Notes under the pieces: generated by a model
Told to the model about the DNA's origin: nothing
Databases searched by the model: none
The model's input: the letters and a program-made list of their open reading frames with translations, nothing else
Made by a program: the position numbers and the translations under genes
From: Saprospiraceae bacterium
GTDB taxonomy: Bacteria; Bacteroidota; Bacteroidia; Chitinophagales; Saprospiraceae
Assembly: GCA_965658745.1 (NCBI GenBank)
Contig: CBFHTK010000004.1
Span: forward strand, 55,960-119,959
Direction: 5' to 3'
DNA: 64,000 nt
Part shown: positions 19,494 through 28,119 of the stretch, piece by piece
How the letters are laid out: each line of letters begins with the position of its first letter
Position numbering within the stretch: position 1 is the first letter of the stretch

Positions 19494-22400
19494 TGACCGA
19501 ATACCAAAAACTTATGAATAATATACAATATTTAAACTCAAGCCAGATGACGCGAAAGCGAAATCATTTGGTAGCGCATTTCCGTCAAAATTTGATGGTT
19601 CTAATGCTGGTTCTATTGACGCAAATAAGCTACGGACAAGTAGCTGTGGATTTAGCATTGCGCATATTTCCAACAGAATCTAATCCAGTAGTCCCAGGTG
19701 ATATAGCCTCTTTTACTATAGAGGTTCATAATCAGGGAACAATTGCTGCAAAGAACGTAAAGCTTGTCGACTACATACCTGAGGGCTTGGAATTTGTCAC
19801 TACTGGGAATGCCGGATGGTCTTCCATAGGTGACAAGGCTATTACTACAATTCAGGATGTAATTCAGCCAGGAAGCTATGAAGCAGTTGAAATTAACCTA
19901 AAAGTAAAAGGGTCGGCGACGCCCAAGAATATCTCAAATTATGCCGAGATTGTATTAACGCAAGACATAAATGGTGTTGATACGAGTAATGACGATATCG
20001 ATTCAACCCCAGACACAGACAATACCAATGATAAAGGAGCTCAAGCTTTCAGTTCCAATGACGATTATTTACAAGGAAATGGCATCTTAGACGAGGATGA
20101 CCATGATGTGGCATTACTCATTATTTGTACCCAAAACGTATGTAACGACGATGTAAATATTTCATTAAATGCTGCTTGTGATATTGAAATCCTTGCAGAT
20201 ATGATCGTGGAAAATCCTGCGTACCCCAATGGTGCCTACACTGTAATATTAGTAGACGAAAATGGTAATACTCTACCATCTAATATGGTAAATGGTAGCC
20301 ATGTGGGACAGACTTTTCAGGTGACAGCCTTCATTGAAGGTTGCGAGCCTAATAGCTGTTGGGGATTTGCTACGATTGAGGATAAATTGGCGATTGAACT
20401 GACTTGTTCCGTAGACACAGTAGATTGTGGTATGAGTGAACCGTTATCAGTTGGATTACCAATTCCTCAGAATGCCACTTATATCCAAATTGGCGATTTG
20501 TTTATTGTCGATGGAGTCAATGGATGTTCAGATATCGAACTTAGCTATGAAGATGAACAGGAGATGCTACCATGTCAGACAGGTTCTCCTTATGTCGTTA
20601 AGATCAATAGACTCTGGACGGCTATTGATGGAGTTGGTAATGAGGTAAGCTGCACTAGTGAAATCTATGTGCGTAAAGGCTATTTGTCAGATATTACTCC
20701 TCCACCCAATTATGATAACTTAGATATTCCTGCATTAATGTGTGGTGAATATCCACAATTGTCAAATGGGAATCCAGATCCGTCATTTACGGGTTTTCCA
20801 GAAGGCTTAGCTTGCCCAAATATCATTGCAGTATATGAAGATACAGAACTTGATGTAAATCCTTCTTGTACTGGAAGTTTTGACGTGCTTCGCGAATGGA
20901 CAATTATCGATTGGTGTACAGGTGATGACACCACGTTTACACAATTGATAAAGATCATGGATATTGTGGCTCCAACATGCAATGCACCATTACCATTTAG
21001 TGGCTCCTCTTATGCTGATTTATGCATAGGGTCAGTAGACGTTGTTCCACCGTTTTTGTCTGATAATTGCAGCTCAGTTACTTACGATATTGCATATAAA
21101 CCTTACGTGGATTTTGACGATAATTTTGATAATTTACTTACCGATAACATAATTAACTCAAATGGAGATTTTAGTATTGAGCATTTGGACGTAGGCAGAT
21201 ACAGAATAGCTTATTTTGCTGAGGATGCGTGCGGAAATACATCTCAATGCTTAGGTGAATTTTCTGTCGAAGATACACAGGACCCAACTCCAGTTTGTAT
21301 AGTTTCTACAAGCGTTACACTAGATGCATTTGGTTCAGCAACACTAGAGGCTGACTTTTTTGACGCGGGTAGTTTCGATAATTGTGAGATTGACAAAATT
21401 CAGGTTGCGCGAATGACTGATGATTGTAATGACGGAGGCGATCAGTTTAAGACATCTGTTAATTTCTGTTGTGCGGATGCAGGTCAAGAGGTAATGATTA
21501 GATTCCGTGTTTCTGACAAAGCTGGAAACAGTAACTTATGCATGGTTGGAGTAACGGTTATCGACGATATTGCTCCAACTATTATCTGTCCTGCGGATAT
21601 GACTTTCTCTTGTACTGAGTATGAAGAATTTTATGGACAAATCCCAGACAGTATCGCTGGTCAAGCTATCGCTTTTGGAAATTGTGATCCAGAGCTTACA
21701 TATTACGATACACAGGTATTTAATAATTGTGGAGTAGGAATTATTGTGAGACTGTGGTCAGCTGTCGATCCAGCCGGAAATGAGACAACTTGTAAGCAGT
21801 ACTTTGAAATCGAAAGTGATTTCCAATTTGATGTGAATATGATAGAGTGGCCTTCAGATACTTTGGTAAATCAATGCTTAAATGACTTTATTGACCCTGA
21901 CATAACGGGTGTTCCATTATTGCCAACAACTAGTTGTAGCGATTTCGATATCGATTACATCGATCATATCAAGCTTAATAATGGAGCAGGATGTGGTATT
22001 GTAGAACGAACTTTTACGATAACAGATTTGTGTGCGATAGACCCATTCAATAACACTTTTTCTTATGTGCAGGAAATAGAAGTCTTTGAGTTTGAAGATC
22101 CAGAGTTTTTCTGCGAAGATATTACGGTGAGTGCAGATGATGACACTTGTGAAGGGTTTGTAGATTATACAGCTATTGCAAGTGACAATTGTACGGCAGA
22201 AGAAGACATTAAGTATTCTTTTACTGTTGATTATTTTGATGACGGAACTATTGACGAGTCTAATCAAGGGAATAATCTCAATGGAGTTTATCCTACCGGA
22301 ATCCATAAAGCTGTCTTCAGAGCGGAAGATGAATGTGGAAATGATGAAACATGCACCGTTTTCTTTACAGTTCAAGATGAAAAACAGCCAACACCTTTGT

Positions 22401-23926
22401 GCTTGCCGATTTCAGTCAGTTTGGACGAAAATGGAGAAGTAGAAATATGGGCGAGTGATTTTAATTTGAATTCATTCGATAACTGTACTTCTGCAGAAGA
22501 TTTAGTCTACTCCTTTTCTCCTGATATTGATGATCAGATCAGAATTTTTGATTGTGATGATCTTGAGAATGGAATGAATGCCGTTATTTCAATCCAAATG
22601 CACGTTTGGGATGAGGGTGGTAATTACGATTTCTGCACTGTTATTTTAACAATAACAGACACGCAAGATTTCTGTCCAGATGTAGGGACATTTTCTGCTG
22701 ATATCAGTGGTGAAGTTATGACAACAAAAAATCTCAATGCATTTCCAGAGGTCGAGATGTTGATCGAGGGTAATAGTATGGAAATGAAAAATACTATGAG
22801 CGACGAATCAGGAGAGTATACATTTACAGATTTGAGTCTTTACGATAACTACACTATTAAGCCTTACAAGAATGATGATGCATTGAATGGTATCACAACT
22901 CTGGATATCGTGCGTATTCAGAAACATATTTTGGGACTAAATACATTTACAGAGAAAGAAGAAATCATTGCTGCTGATGTTAACCACTCGGAGTCAATTA
23001 GTGGAGTCGACATCATCCAACTTAGAAAATTAATTCTAGGAGTTTATGCTGATGAGAAGTTACCTCAAAATGACTCATGGAGATTCATGCCTACAGATTT
23101 TGAATGGAATCCAGTTTTTCCTTACGAATTTCCTGAGGAAATGGTTGTTGATAATTTACTCGAATCGTATGATGATGCCTCGTTTTATGGCATTAAAATC
23201 GGCGATGTTAATAGCTCCGCGAGTGTTAATGCACAAAGTTCTGTTCAGACTAGATCGACACCAAGACGTATATTTATGGATGAAGGTAGATTTGAGCAAG
23301 GTGACTGCATCTCAGTTCCTGTGTATGCTGATTTTTCACAGAATCTTGAAGGACTGCAGCTTGGAATTAGGTTTGATGAAGATATCATAGCAATTAAGTC
23401 AATTAGCAGCCCAATTCTGGATATTCGAGCTGATCACTACAACATTATGGATGGTGAAGTTTATATGTCTTGGGATAAAATTGGTGGACTTGAAGTCCAA
23501 AAAGGTGAAGTTATTTTTGTAATCGAAATAGATGCTCAAACTGCCGGCTCTTTATCTACTGCAGGATTTGAATTGATTGAGGATTTTAATTCTGAGCTAT
23601 TTGATAGTCAGCTTGAAGTTGGATCCATAGAGTTGTCATTGAGAAACGATGATCCGGTAATAAAGGCAACGCAACTGCTTCAAAATGAGCCCAATCCATT
23701 TGCTGAAATGACACAGGTAAGTTTTGATATGGAGCATAGTGACTTAGTATATATTTACTTGTACGATGCACAGGGAAAGATGTTAGTTCAGGAAGTACAA
23801 AAGTATGACAAAGGAACACATGTAATTCAATTTACTGGAGATCAATTTAGAAGTACAGGTTTGTTCTACTTGACTATGGAGTCGAGCAGCTGGTCCTCTA
23901 CAATCAAACTAGTGCGTATACAGTAA
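19493..23926 (+). CDS. Giant T9SS-secreted multidomain surface protein, paralogue 2
   Basis: 1477 aa. The ATG shares its A with the TAA stop of paralogue 1. The signal peptide may really start at Met19 (nt 19547: MTRKRNHLVAHFRQNLMVLMLVLLTQISYGQ). A DUF11-like N-terminal module (VDLALRI...PGDIASFTIEVHNQG...) with a DIDSTPDTDNTND...DEDDHD stretch comes first. After that the domain order is colinear with paralogue 1: HYR-like modules, beta-sandwich, dockerin-like, cohesin-like, T9SS tail. Confidence 0.85.
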   Translation: MTEYQKLMNNIQYLNSSQMTRKRNHLVAHFRQNLMVLMLVLLTQISYGQVAVDLALRIFPTESNPVVPGDIASFTIEVHNQGTIAAKNVKLVDYIPEGLEFVTTGNAGWSSIGDKAITTIQDVIQPGSYEAVEINLKVKGSATPKNISNYAEIVLTQDINGVDTSNDDIDSTPDTDNTNDKGAQAFSSNDDYLQGNGILDEDDHDVALLIICTQNVCNDDVNISLNAACDIEILADMIVENPAYPNGAYTVILVDENGNTLPSNMVNGSHVGQTFQVTAFIEGCEPNSCWGFATIEDKLAIELTCSVDTVDCGMSEPLSVGLPIPQNATYIQIGDLFIVDGVNGCSDIELSYEDEQEMLPCQTGSPYVVKINRLWTAIDGVGNEVSCTSEIYVRKGYLSDITPPPNYDNLDIPALMCGEYPQLSNGNPDPSFTGFPEGLACPNIIAVYEDTELDVNPSCTGSFDVLREWTIIDWCTGDDTTFTQLIKIMDIVAPTCNAPLPFSGSSYADLCIGSVDVVPPFLSDNCSSVTYDIAYKPYVDFDDNFDNLLTDNIINSNGDFSIEHLDVGRYRIAYFAEDACGNTSQCLGEFSVEDTQDPTPVCIVSTSVTLDAFGSATLEADFFDAGSFDNCEIDKIQVARMTDDCNDGGDQFKTSVNFCCADAGQEVMIRFRVSDKAGNSNLCMVGVTVIDDIAPTIICPADMTFSCTEYEEFYGQIPDSIAGQAIAFGNCDPELTYYDTQVFNNCGVGIIVRLWSAVDPAGNETTCKQYFEIESDFQFDVNMIEWPSDTLVNQCLNDFIDPDITGVPLLPTTSCSDFDIDYIDHIKLNNGAGCGIVERTFTITDLCAIDPFNNTFSYVQEIEVFEFEDPEFFCEDITVSADDDTCEGFVDYTAIASDNCTAEEDIKYSFTVDYFDDGTIDESNQGNNLNGVYPTGIHKAVFRAEDECGNDETCTVFFTVQDEKQPTPLCLPISVSLDENGEVEIWASDFNLNSFDNCTSAEDLVYSFSPDIDDQIRIFDCDDLENGMNAVISIQMHVWDEGGNYDFCTVILTITDTQDFCPDVGTFSADISGEVMTTKNLNAFPEVEMLIEGNSMEMKNTMSDESGEYTFTDLSLYDNYTIKPYKNDDALNGITTLDIVRIQKHILGLNTFTEKEEIIAADVNHSESISGVDIIQLRKLILGVYADEKLPQNDSWRFMPTDFEWNPVFPYEFPEEMVVDNLLESYDDASFYGIKIGDVNSSASVNAQSSVQTRSTPRRIFMDEGRFEQGDCISVPVYADFSQNLEGLQLGIRFDEDIIAIKSISSPILDIRADHYNIMDGEVYMSWDKIGGLEVQKGEVIFVIEIDAQTAGSLSTAGFELIEDFNSELFDSQLEVGSIELSLRNDDPVIKATQLLQNEPNPFAEMTQVSFDMEHSDLVYIYLYDAQGKMLVQEVQKYDKGTHVIQFTGDQFRSTGLFYLTMESSSWSSTIKLVRIQ
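22874..23041 (+). other. Dockerin-like module in paralogue 2
   Basis: The sequence is DDALNGITTLDIVRIQKHILGLNTFTEKEEIIAADVNHSESISGVDIIQLRKLILG. It has the same two-segment layout as paralogue 1, and the second loop DVNHSESISGVD fits the calcium-loop spacing. Confidence 0.55.
23270..23645 (+). other. Cohesin-like module in paralogue 2
   Basis: IFMDEGRFEQGDCISVPVYADFSQNLEGLQLGIRFDEDIIAIKSISSPILD...DGEVYMSWDKIGG..VQKGEVIFVIEIDAQTAGS... This has the G-x-x-hs-VPV start, the G-hQh-x-h-x-(F/Y)D block and the later G-x-hhF-x-h-x-h block that I associate with cohesins. Confidence 0.45.
23672..23923 (+). other. T9SS (Por) C-terminal sorting domain of paralogue 2
   Basis: QLLQNEPNPFAEMTQVSFDMEHSDLVYIYLYDAQGKML...GLFYLTMES...IKLVRIQ. 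Confidence 0.75.
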
Positions 23927-23994
23927 TTGATAGAAAAGAAAACCTAGGGGTGACAGAAAGCACTTGTTGGCTGTTAGAAAGAAAAGTTTTTGGT

Positions 23995-24030
23995 AAGGCA
24001 TGATCAACGTTGAGTTGGTTGTGCCTTTTT
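23995..24030 (+). terminator. Terminator hairpin after giant paralogue 2
   Basis: A 14 bp stem pairs 23995-24008 with 24014-24027, including 3 G-U pairs, around a 5 nt loop GTTGA. TTTTCGTTTTT follows. Confidence 0.6.
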
Positions 24031-24262
24031 CGTTTTTCTTTGATTTTAAATGCAGAGTCCTATTCGTATTGCGGGTAATTGCCATAGTCATCTTGACAGA
24101 CATAAATGTTGGTGTTTTTGCCAACAGCGGTGTAGTGGAAGCTAACTGTTTGTCAGTTGTGTGCGATAATGACTTTTTACCTCGAATTGCGAATAAACTA
24201 AACAAGCCTGCGTAGAACAAGGCGCTTCACTAATGGGTATGGGATATCTGGGTAAAAAGCAT

Positions 24263-24292
24263 AAAAAACTGCTCCGAAAGGAACAGCTTTTT
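24263..24292. terminator. Terminator hairpin after the DUF2853-like gene (A-run/T-run on both sides)
   Basis: CTGCTCC (24269-24275), a GAAA loop, then GGAACAG (24280-24286), with one internal mismatch. Read on the minus strand, T6 follows the hairpin. It lies 20 nt past the stop at 24307. Confidence 0.5.
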
Positions 24293-24306
24293 CTCTTTAG
24301 TAATTT

Positions 24307-24642
24307 CTAGAGTGATTTCACTCCGTAGTGATGCATCAACAATGCATAGACTACTGCACGCTTTTTGTTTCGTACACTCATGCCATATTTTTCACCAACT
24401 GACTTTATTGCAGCATCAATGTCAGCATCAGAATCTGTTACTGCTAATTTCTTCTTAACAAAGTTCTCGCGAATCCTTGCCAGCTCATCCTTATCGCCAT
24501 AAGCAACTAGAGATGCATCTTTATTGAACAAATTCGGCCCTAGATATTTTGCTGCAGCTTCAACTGTAGCGTTTGTTATTTTGCTGTCAATTCCTTTAGC
24601 TGTTTCAAGTAAACCAGGAATAGCATCATCAATTTTACCCAT
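24307..24642 (-). CDS. DUF2853-like small soluble protein
   Basis: 111 aa, all-helical in appearance (MGKIDDAIPGLLETAKG...RKRAVVYALLMHHYGV). It matches my recollection of DUF2853. A terminator hairpin follows it. Confidence 0.5.
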   Translation of the reverse strand: MGKIDDAIPGLLETAKGIDSKITNATVEAAAKYLGPNLFNKDASLVAYGDKDELARIRENFVKKKLAVTDSDADIDAAIKSVGEKYGMSVRNKKRAVVYALLMHHYGVKSL

Positions 24643-24709
24643 GGAAATACAATTTTAATGTTATTAATATAATATATTAAACTAATAATGAATATGGAAC
24701 ATATATATC

Positions 24710-25231
24710 TTAATTCATATTTGTTTTAACACTATTGCCCCGAATCCCTAGTTCTACGACTTCAAGATCTTTTATCAGGCCCTCTCCAACGGAAAAGCGA
24801 AGCATTGTTCTCACTTTGTGAAATCCGTGATGACCAATAGCTCCTGGATTCATGTGTAAGAAATTATATTTCTTGTCAAACATTACTTTGCAAATATGAG
24901 AGTGACCACAGATAAAGAGTTTTGGAGGATCTTTTTCAAATATCATCCTAACTCTCTTGTTGTATTTTCCCGGATATCCACCAATATGAGTCATTAAAAC
25001 ATCTACACCTTCAAAGTTAAATCTCTGATTAAGAGGATATTCCTGTTTTATGCGACCGTGATCTATATTGCCATAGACCGCTTTAACAGGTTTAATAGAT
25101 TCAAGGGTATGAATCACCTCTTCATTTCCAATATCACCCGCATGCCAAATCTCATCACACTCCTGAAGATGCGCAATAATCGATTCATCAAGATGACTAT
25201 GACTATCTGAGATTAATGCTATCCTTTTCAT
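24710..25231 (-). CDS. Metallophosphoesterase (YfcE/MJ0936 family)
   Basis: 173 aa. The calcineurin-fold metal motifs appear in order: ISDSHS, HAGDIGN, GNIDH, THIGG and CGHSH. Confidence 0.8.
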   Translation of the reverse strand: MKRIALISDSHSHLDESIIAHLQECDEIWHAGDIGNEEVIHTLESIKPVKAVYGNIDHGRIKQEYPLNQRFNFEGVDVLMTHIGGYPGKYNKRVRMIFEKDPPKLFICGHSHICKVMFDKKYNFLHMNPGAIGHHGFHKVRTMLRFSVGEGLIKDLEVVELGIRGNSVKTNMN

Positions 25232-26418
25232 TTTGACTTTTCAATCGCATTTTCAATGTCCATATAGATGTCCTCGACATATTCTATCCCAACGGACATT
25301 CTGATTAGACCATCAGTAATCCCATTTTCATATCTTATACTTCTCTCAATATTCCGATGTGACATACTCGCTGGATGCAGTATTAGTGTGTCTACATCAC
25401 CAAGAGTAGGTGCAAGGCTGCTCATTTGAATTGCATTCATAAATCGAATTGCCCTTTCGATACCACCTTTCAATTCAAAGCTCAGCATGCCTCCACCAGC
25501 TTGCATCTGTTTACTTGCAATTTTAAAATCTCTATGTGAGGGTAGGAATGGATAGTTTACAACCGCTATTTCTTCATGTTTGAGGAGTCTTCGTGCAATT
25601 TCTAGAGCATTTGAGGAATGAGCATCCATCCTTAGTGCTAAAGTCTTCATGCCAGAATTTACTAACCATGCATCAAAGGGGTTGCAATTAGTACCAATTA
25701 ATTTCATAGCGTCGAGTACTGTTTGATAATAATCACGATTTTTACCAATTACAACTCCTGCTATCGAGTTTCCATGTCCGTTTATGTACTTTGTGGTTGA
25801 GTGAATAATGAAATCGATCCCAAAGTTAAATGGACGTTGTAAGTATGGAGTTGGAAATGTATTGTCAATTATTGATAGAATATCGTTCTTTTGACACAAG
25901 TCACTTATATACTGAAGATCAACGCATGCAAGGGAAGGGTTGGCTGGAGACTCACAATAAATAAGCTTTATTGATTTGTCGTTTTTGACACGTGATTCAA
26001 TTAGATCCTTTGAAGCAAAATCTATGAACTCAATTTTAACACCTAGTTTTGTGATAAATTTTCGCAGAAGTTCAGTTGTTCCACCGTAAAGATTTGCCTG
26101 TGTAAGTATGGTGTCTCCTTGTTTGAGTAATGCAAAGAGCAACGTTGAAATAGCAGACATGCCGGAGCTGACCATGATGCCAAAACCTTCCTCCTCGATA
26201 TCATAACACTCCAGTTGGACAATTTTCTCGGCAACCGTTTCTATCGTCGGATTTCCATATCTTCCATAAACATGACCTTCTTCATTTCCTTCGAAAATAT
26301 TTATTCCCTGGTCAATATCTTCAAAATTAAAGGAGCTTGTTGCGAATATCGGTAGATTATGAGGTTTAGTAGTTTGTATAAATTTACCTTCCTGTACAAG
26401 GATGCTTTTAATGTTCAT
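25228..26418 (-). CDS. Cys/Met-metabolism PLP-dependent enzyme (methionine gamma-lyase / cystathionine or O-acylhomoserine lyase family)
   Basis: 396 aa with YGRYGNPT near the N-terminus and the PLP-lysine block IHSTTKYINGHGNSIAGVV. Length and layout fit the trans-sulfuration family. The exact specificity cannot be read from the sequence. Confidence 0.8.
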   Translation of the reverse strand: MNIKSILVQEGKFIQTTKPHNLPIFATSSFNFEDIDQGINIFEGNEEGHVYGRYGNPTIETVAEKIVQLECYDIEEEGFGIMVSSGMSAISTLLFALLKQGDTILTQANLYGGTTELLRKFITKLGVKIEFIDFASKDLIESRVKNDKSIKLIYCESPANPSLACVDLQYISDLCQKNDILSIIDNTFPTPYLQRPFNFGIDFIIHSTTKYINGHGNSIAGVVIGKNRDYYQTVLDAMKLIGTNCNPFDAWLVNSGMKTLALRMDAHSSNALEIARRLLKHEEIAVVNYPFLPSHRDFKIASKQMQAGGGMLSFELKGGIERAIRFMNAIQMSSLAPTLGDVDTLILHPASMSHRNIERSIRYENGITDGLIRMSVGIEYVEDIYMDIENAIEKSK

Positions 26419-26519
26419 AGTTTCTTATTTATTGCTTACAAATCAACATAATATATAGGAGAATACCCTTCTTTCTTTTAATAAAAATGACAATGTGATT
26501 TGGTTTAACTTAAACTACA

Positions 26520-26527
26520 TATTTTTG
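26520..26527 (+). promoter_or_regulatory. Bacteroidota -7 box candidate (TATTTTTG)
   Basis: Matches TAnnTTTG, 65 nt upstream of the rluD GTG. Confidence 0.35.
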
Positions 26528-26591
26528 CAAAAAATTAAGGCTTGTCTTTTCCGAAATAGATTGAGAAGAGTCATGAAAGAAAGATCAGAAA

Positions 26592-27620
26592 GTGAAAGAA
26601 ATTGAAAAAAGGAAGATTCTCGTTGATCCTGGACAAGGTCCGATTAGACTAGATAAGTACTTAATGGATAAACTATCGGACTTATCCCGTTCCAAAGTTC
26701 AAAAGGCTATAAAGAAAGGTGCTGTTGTTGTAAATGACAAGGCGGTAAAGCCAAATCACATCCTGAAGCCTTCGGATATTATACTCTACGAAGCGCTTGT
26801 CAGTGAATACGATGGCAAAATAATCCCTGAGGATATCGACCTAAATATCGTCTATGAGGACGAATCTGTATTGATAATCAATAAGCAGGCAGATTTTGTT
26901 GTTCATCCAGGACATGGCAATTATACAGGAACACTTGTCAACGCTATAGCTCATTATCTCGGTACTGATATTCCTACCATGAGCGGTAACAGTGCAGATC
27001 GAATCGGTCTGGTGCATCGAATAGATAAGGATACGACTGGATTGATGGTTATTGCAAAAACGGATTATGCAATGACTTTTCTGGCTGATCAATTTGCTGC
27101 ACATACGATAGAGCGTAAGTATGTGGCATTGGTTTGGGGGCAGCCAGAGCCTCTAGAAGGCACCATTGAGGGTAATGTTGGAAGAAATCCGGTAAATAGA
27201 ATACAGCAAATTGTATTTCCTGATGGAGATCAAGGCAAACATGCGGTAACGCACTATAAGACCATTCAACCCATGTACTATGTCTCTTTAGTAGAGTGTC
27301 AACTTGAAACGGGAAGAACGCATCAAATTAGAGTCCACATGAAGTATAAAGGACATCCCTTGTTTAATGACGTTCGATACGGAGGCGATAAGATTTTGAA
27401 AGGGACTGTATTTTCAAAGTATAAGCAGTTTGTGCATAATTGTTTCAAGTTGTTTCCGCGTCAAGCACTACATGCGAAATCTTTAGGGTTTGTTCATCCT
27501 GAAACAAAAGAGTTTATGCTATTTGAATCAGATTTACCCGAAGATTTCTTGCAATTAGTAGATAAATGGAATTCATATTTAGACGGTCGAAAAAAGGTGT
27601 TGGATGAGGACCAAGACTGA
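26592..27620 (+). CDS. rluD: 23S rRNA pseudouridine synthase, RluD/RluA family
   Basis: 342 aa with a GTG start. It has an N-terminal S4-like domain (RLDKYL...SRSKVQKAIKKGAVVVN). The catalytic block is GLVHRIDKDTTGLMVIAK, and GRTHQIRVH lies near the C-terminal third. Confidence 0.88.
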   Translation: MKEIEKRKILVDPGQGPIRLDKYLMDKLSDLSRSKVQKAIKKGAVVVNDKAVKPNHILKPSDIILYEALVSEYDGKIIPEDIDLNIVYEDESVLIINKQADFVVHPGHGNYTGTLVNAIAHYLGTDIPTMSGNSADRIGLVHRIDKDTTGLMVIAKTDYAMTFLADQFAAHTIERKYVALVWGQPEPLEGTIEGNVGRNPVNRIQQIVFPDGDQGKHAVTHYKTIQPMYYVSLVECQLETGRTHQIRVHMKYKGHPLFNDVRYGGDKILKGTVFSKYKQFVHNCFKLFPRQALHAKSLGFVHPETKEFMLFESDLPEDFLQLVDKWNSYLDGRKKVLDEDQD

Positions 27621-28119
27621 TGTTACAAAACAATGGATAGAAAACTATATTTTCGAATTAAACTTGTGTCCATTTTCACATGTTTCATATCACAATAATG
27701 CTTTAGAATATATTGAAGTAGATTCTCTGGATGAACAGTTTGTAAAGACAGTTTTTTCTCGTTTTCTTAAGGTAGAAGCAAGCATGCAGCACTCGATGCT
27801 TCTTATTTTTGGCAATGAGTTGACATGGGATGAGATTCTTGAAGTAGAAGGTCTTCTAGAATTTTTCTTAACCAATGAGCAAGCCGAACTCATTAAGTTT
27901 GTCATATTTCATCCAGATTATGAACACGGTGAAACTGAGAATGAGTTGTTACATTACACAAATAAATCACCGTTACCAGTGATTCAACTTCTACATTTAG
28001 ATGCAGTTAATCATTCAGTACCAAGCTCATTGGTAGAAAAAATACTCTTAAACAACGAAAAAAACTTATCGTCAAGATCTGTAACAGAACTAAATAGATT
28101 ACTAGATGGATGTAAATAG
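27604..28119 (+). CDS. DUF1415-like protein
   Basis: 171 aa. The N-terminal WIENYIFELNLCPFS block resembles DUF1415. It overlaps rluD by 17 nt and the next gene by 14 nt. The family call is tentative. Confidence 0.4.
   Translation: MRTKTDVTKQWIENYIFELNLCPFSHVSYHNNALEYIEVDSLDEQFVKTVFSRFLKVEASMQHSMLLIFGNELTWDEILEVEGLLEFFLTNEQAELIKFVIFHPDYEHGETENELLHYTNKSPLPVIQLLHLDAVNHSVPSSLVEKILLNNEKNLSSRSVTELNRLLDGCK

Noticed and set aside
21917-22375. 152-aa antisense ORF and several alternative-frame ORFs inside the giant genes (for example 16939-17262, 20436-20648, 22176-22442, 23046-23390)
   Set aside because: All are nested in the long, domain-rich reading frames. Nothing suggests dual coding.
23909-24220. 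103-aa minus-strand ORF and 71-aa plus-strand ORF (24000-24215) in the spacer after the giant genes
   Set aside because: They overlap each other, the end of the upstream gene and its terminator stem. They have no signal, motif or promoter box. I treated the region as non-coding (see the related finding).
26419-26591. Possible SAM or other riboswitch in the leader of the Cys/Met PLP enzyme gene (and before the cysteine-synthase-like gene at 44198)
   Set aside because: The leaders are short, very AT-rich and show none of the conserved GC-rich helices of SAM-I, SAM-II or related riboswitches that I can recognise. An Infernal scan would settle it.
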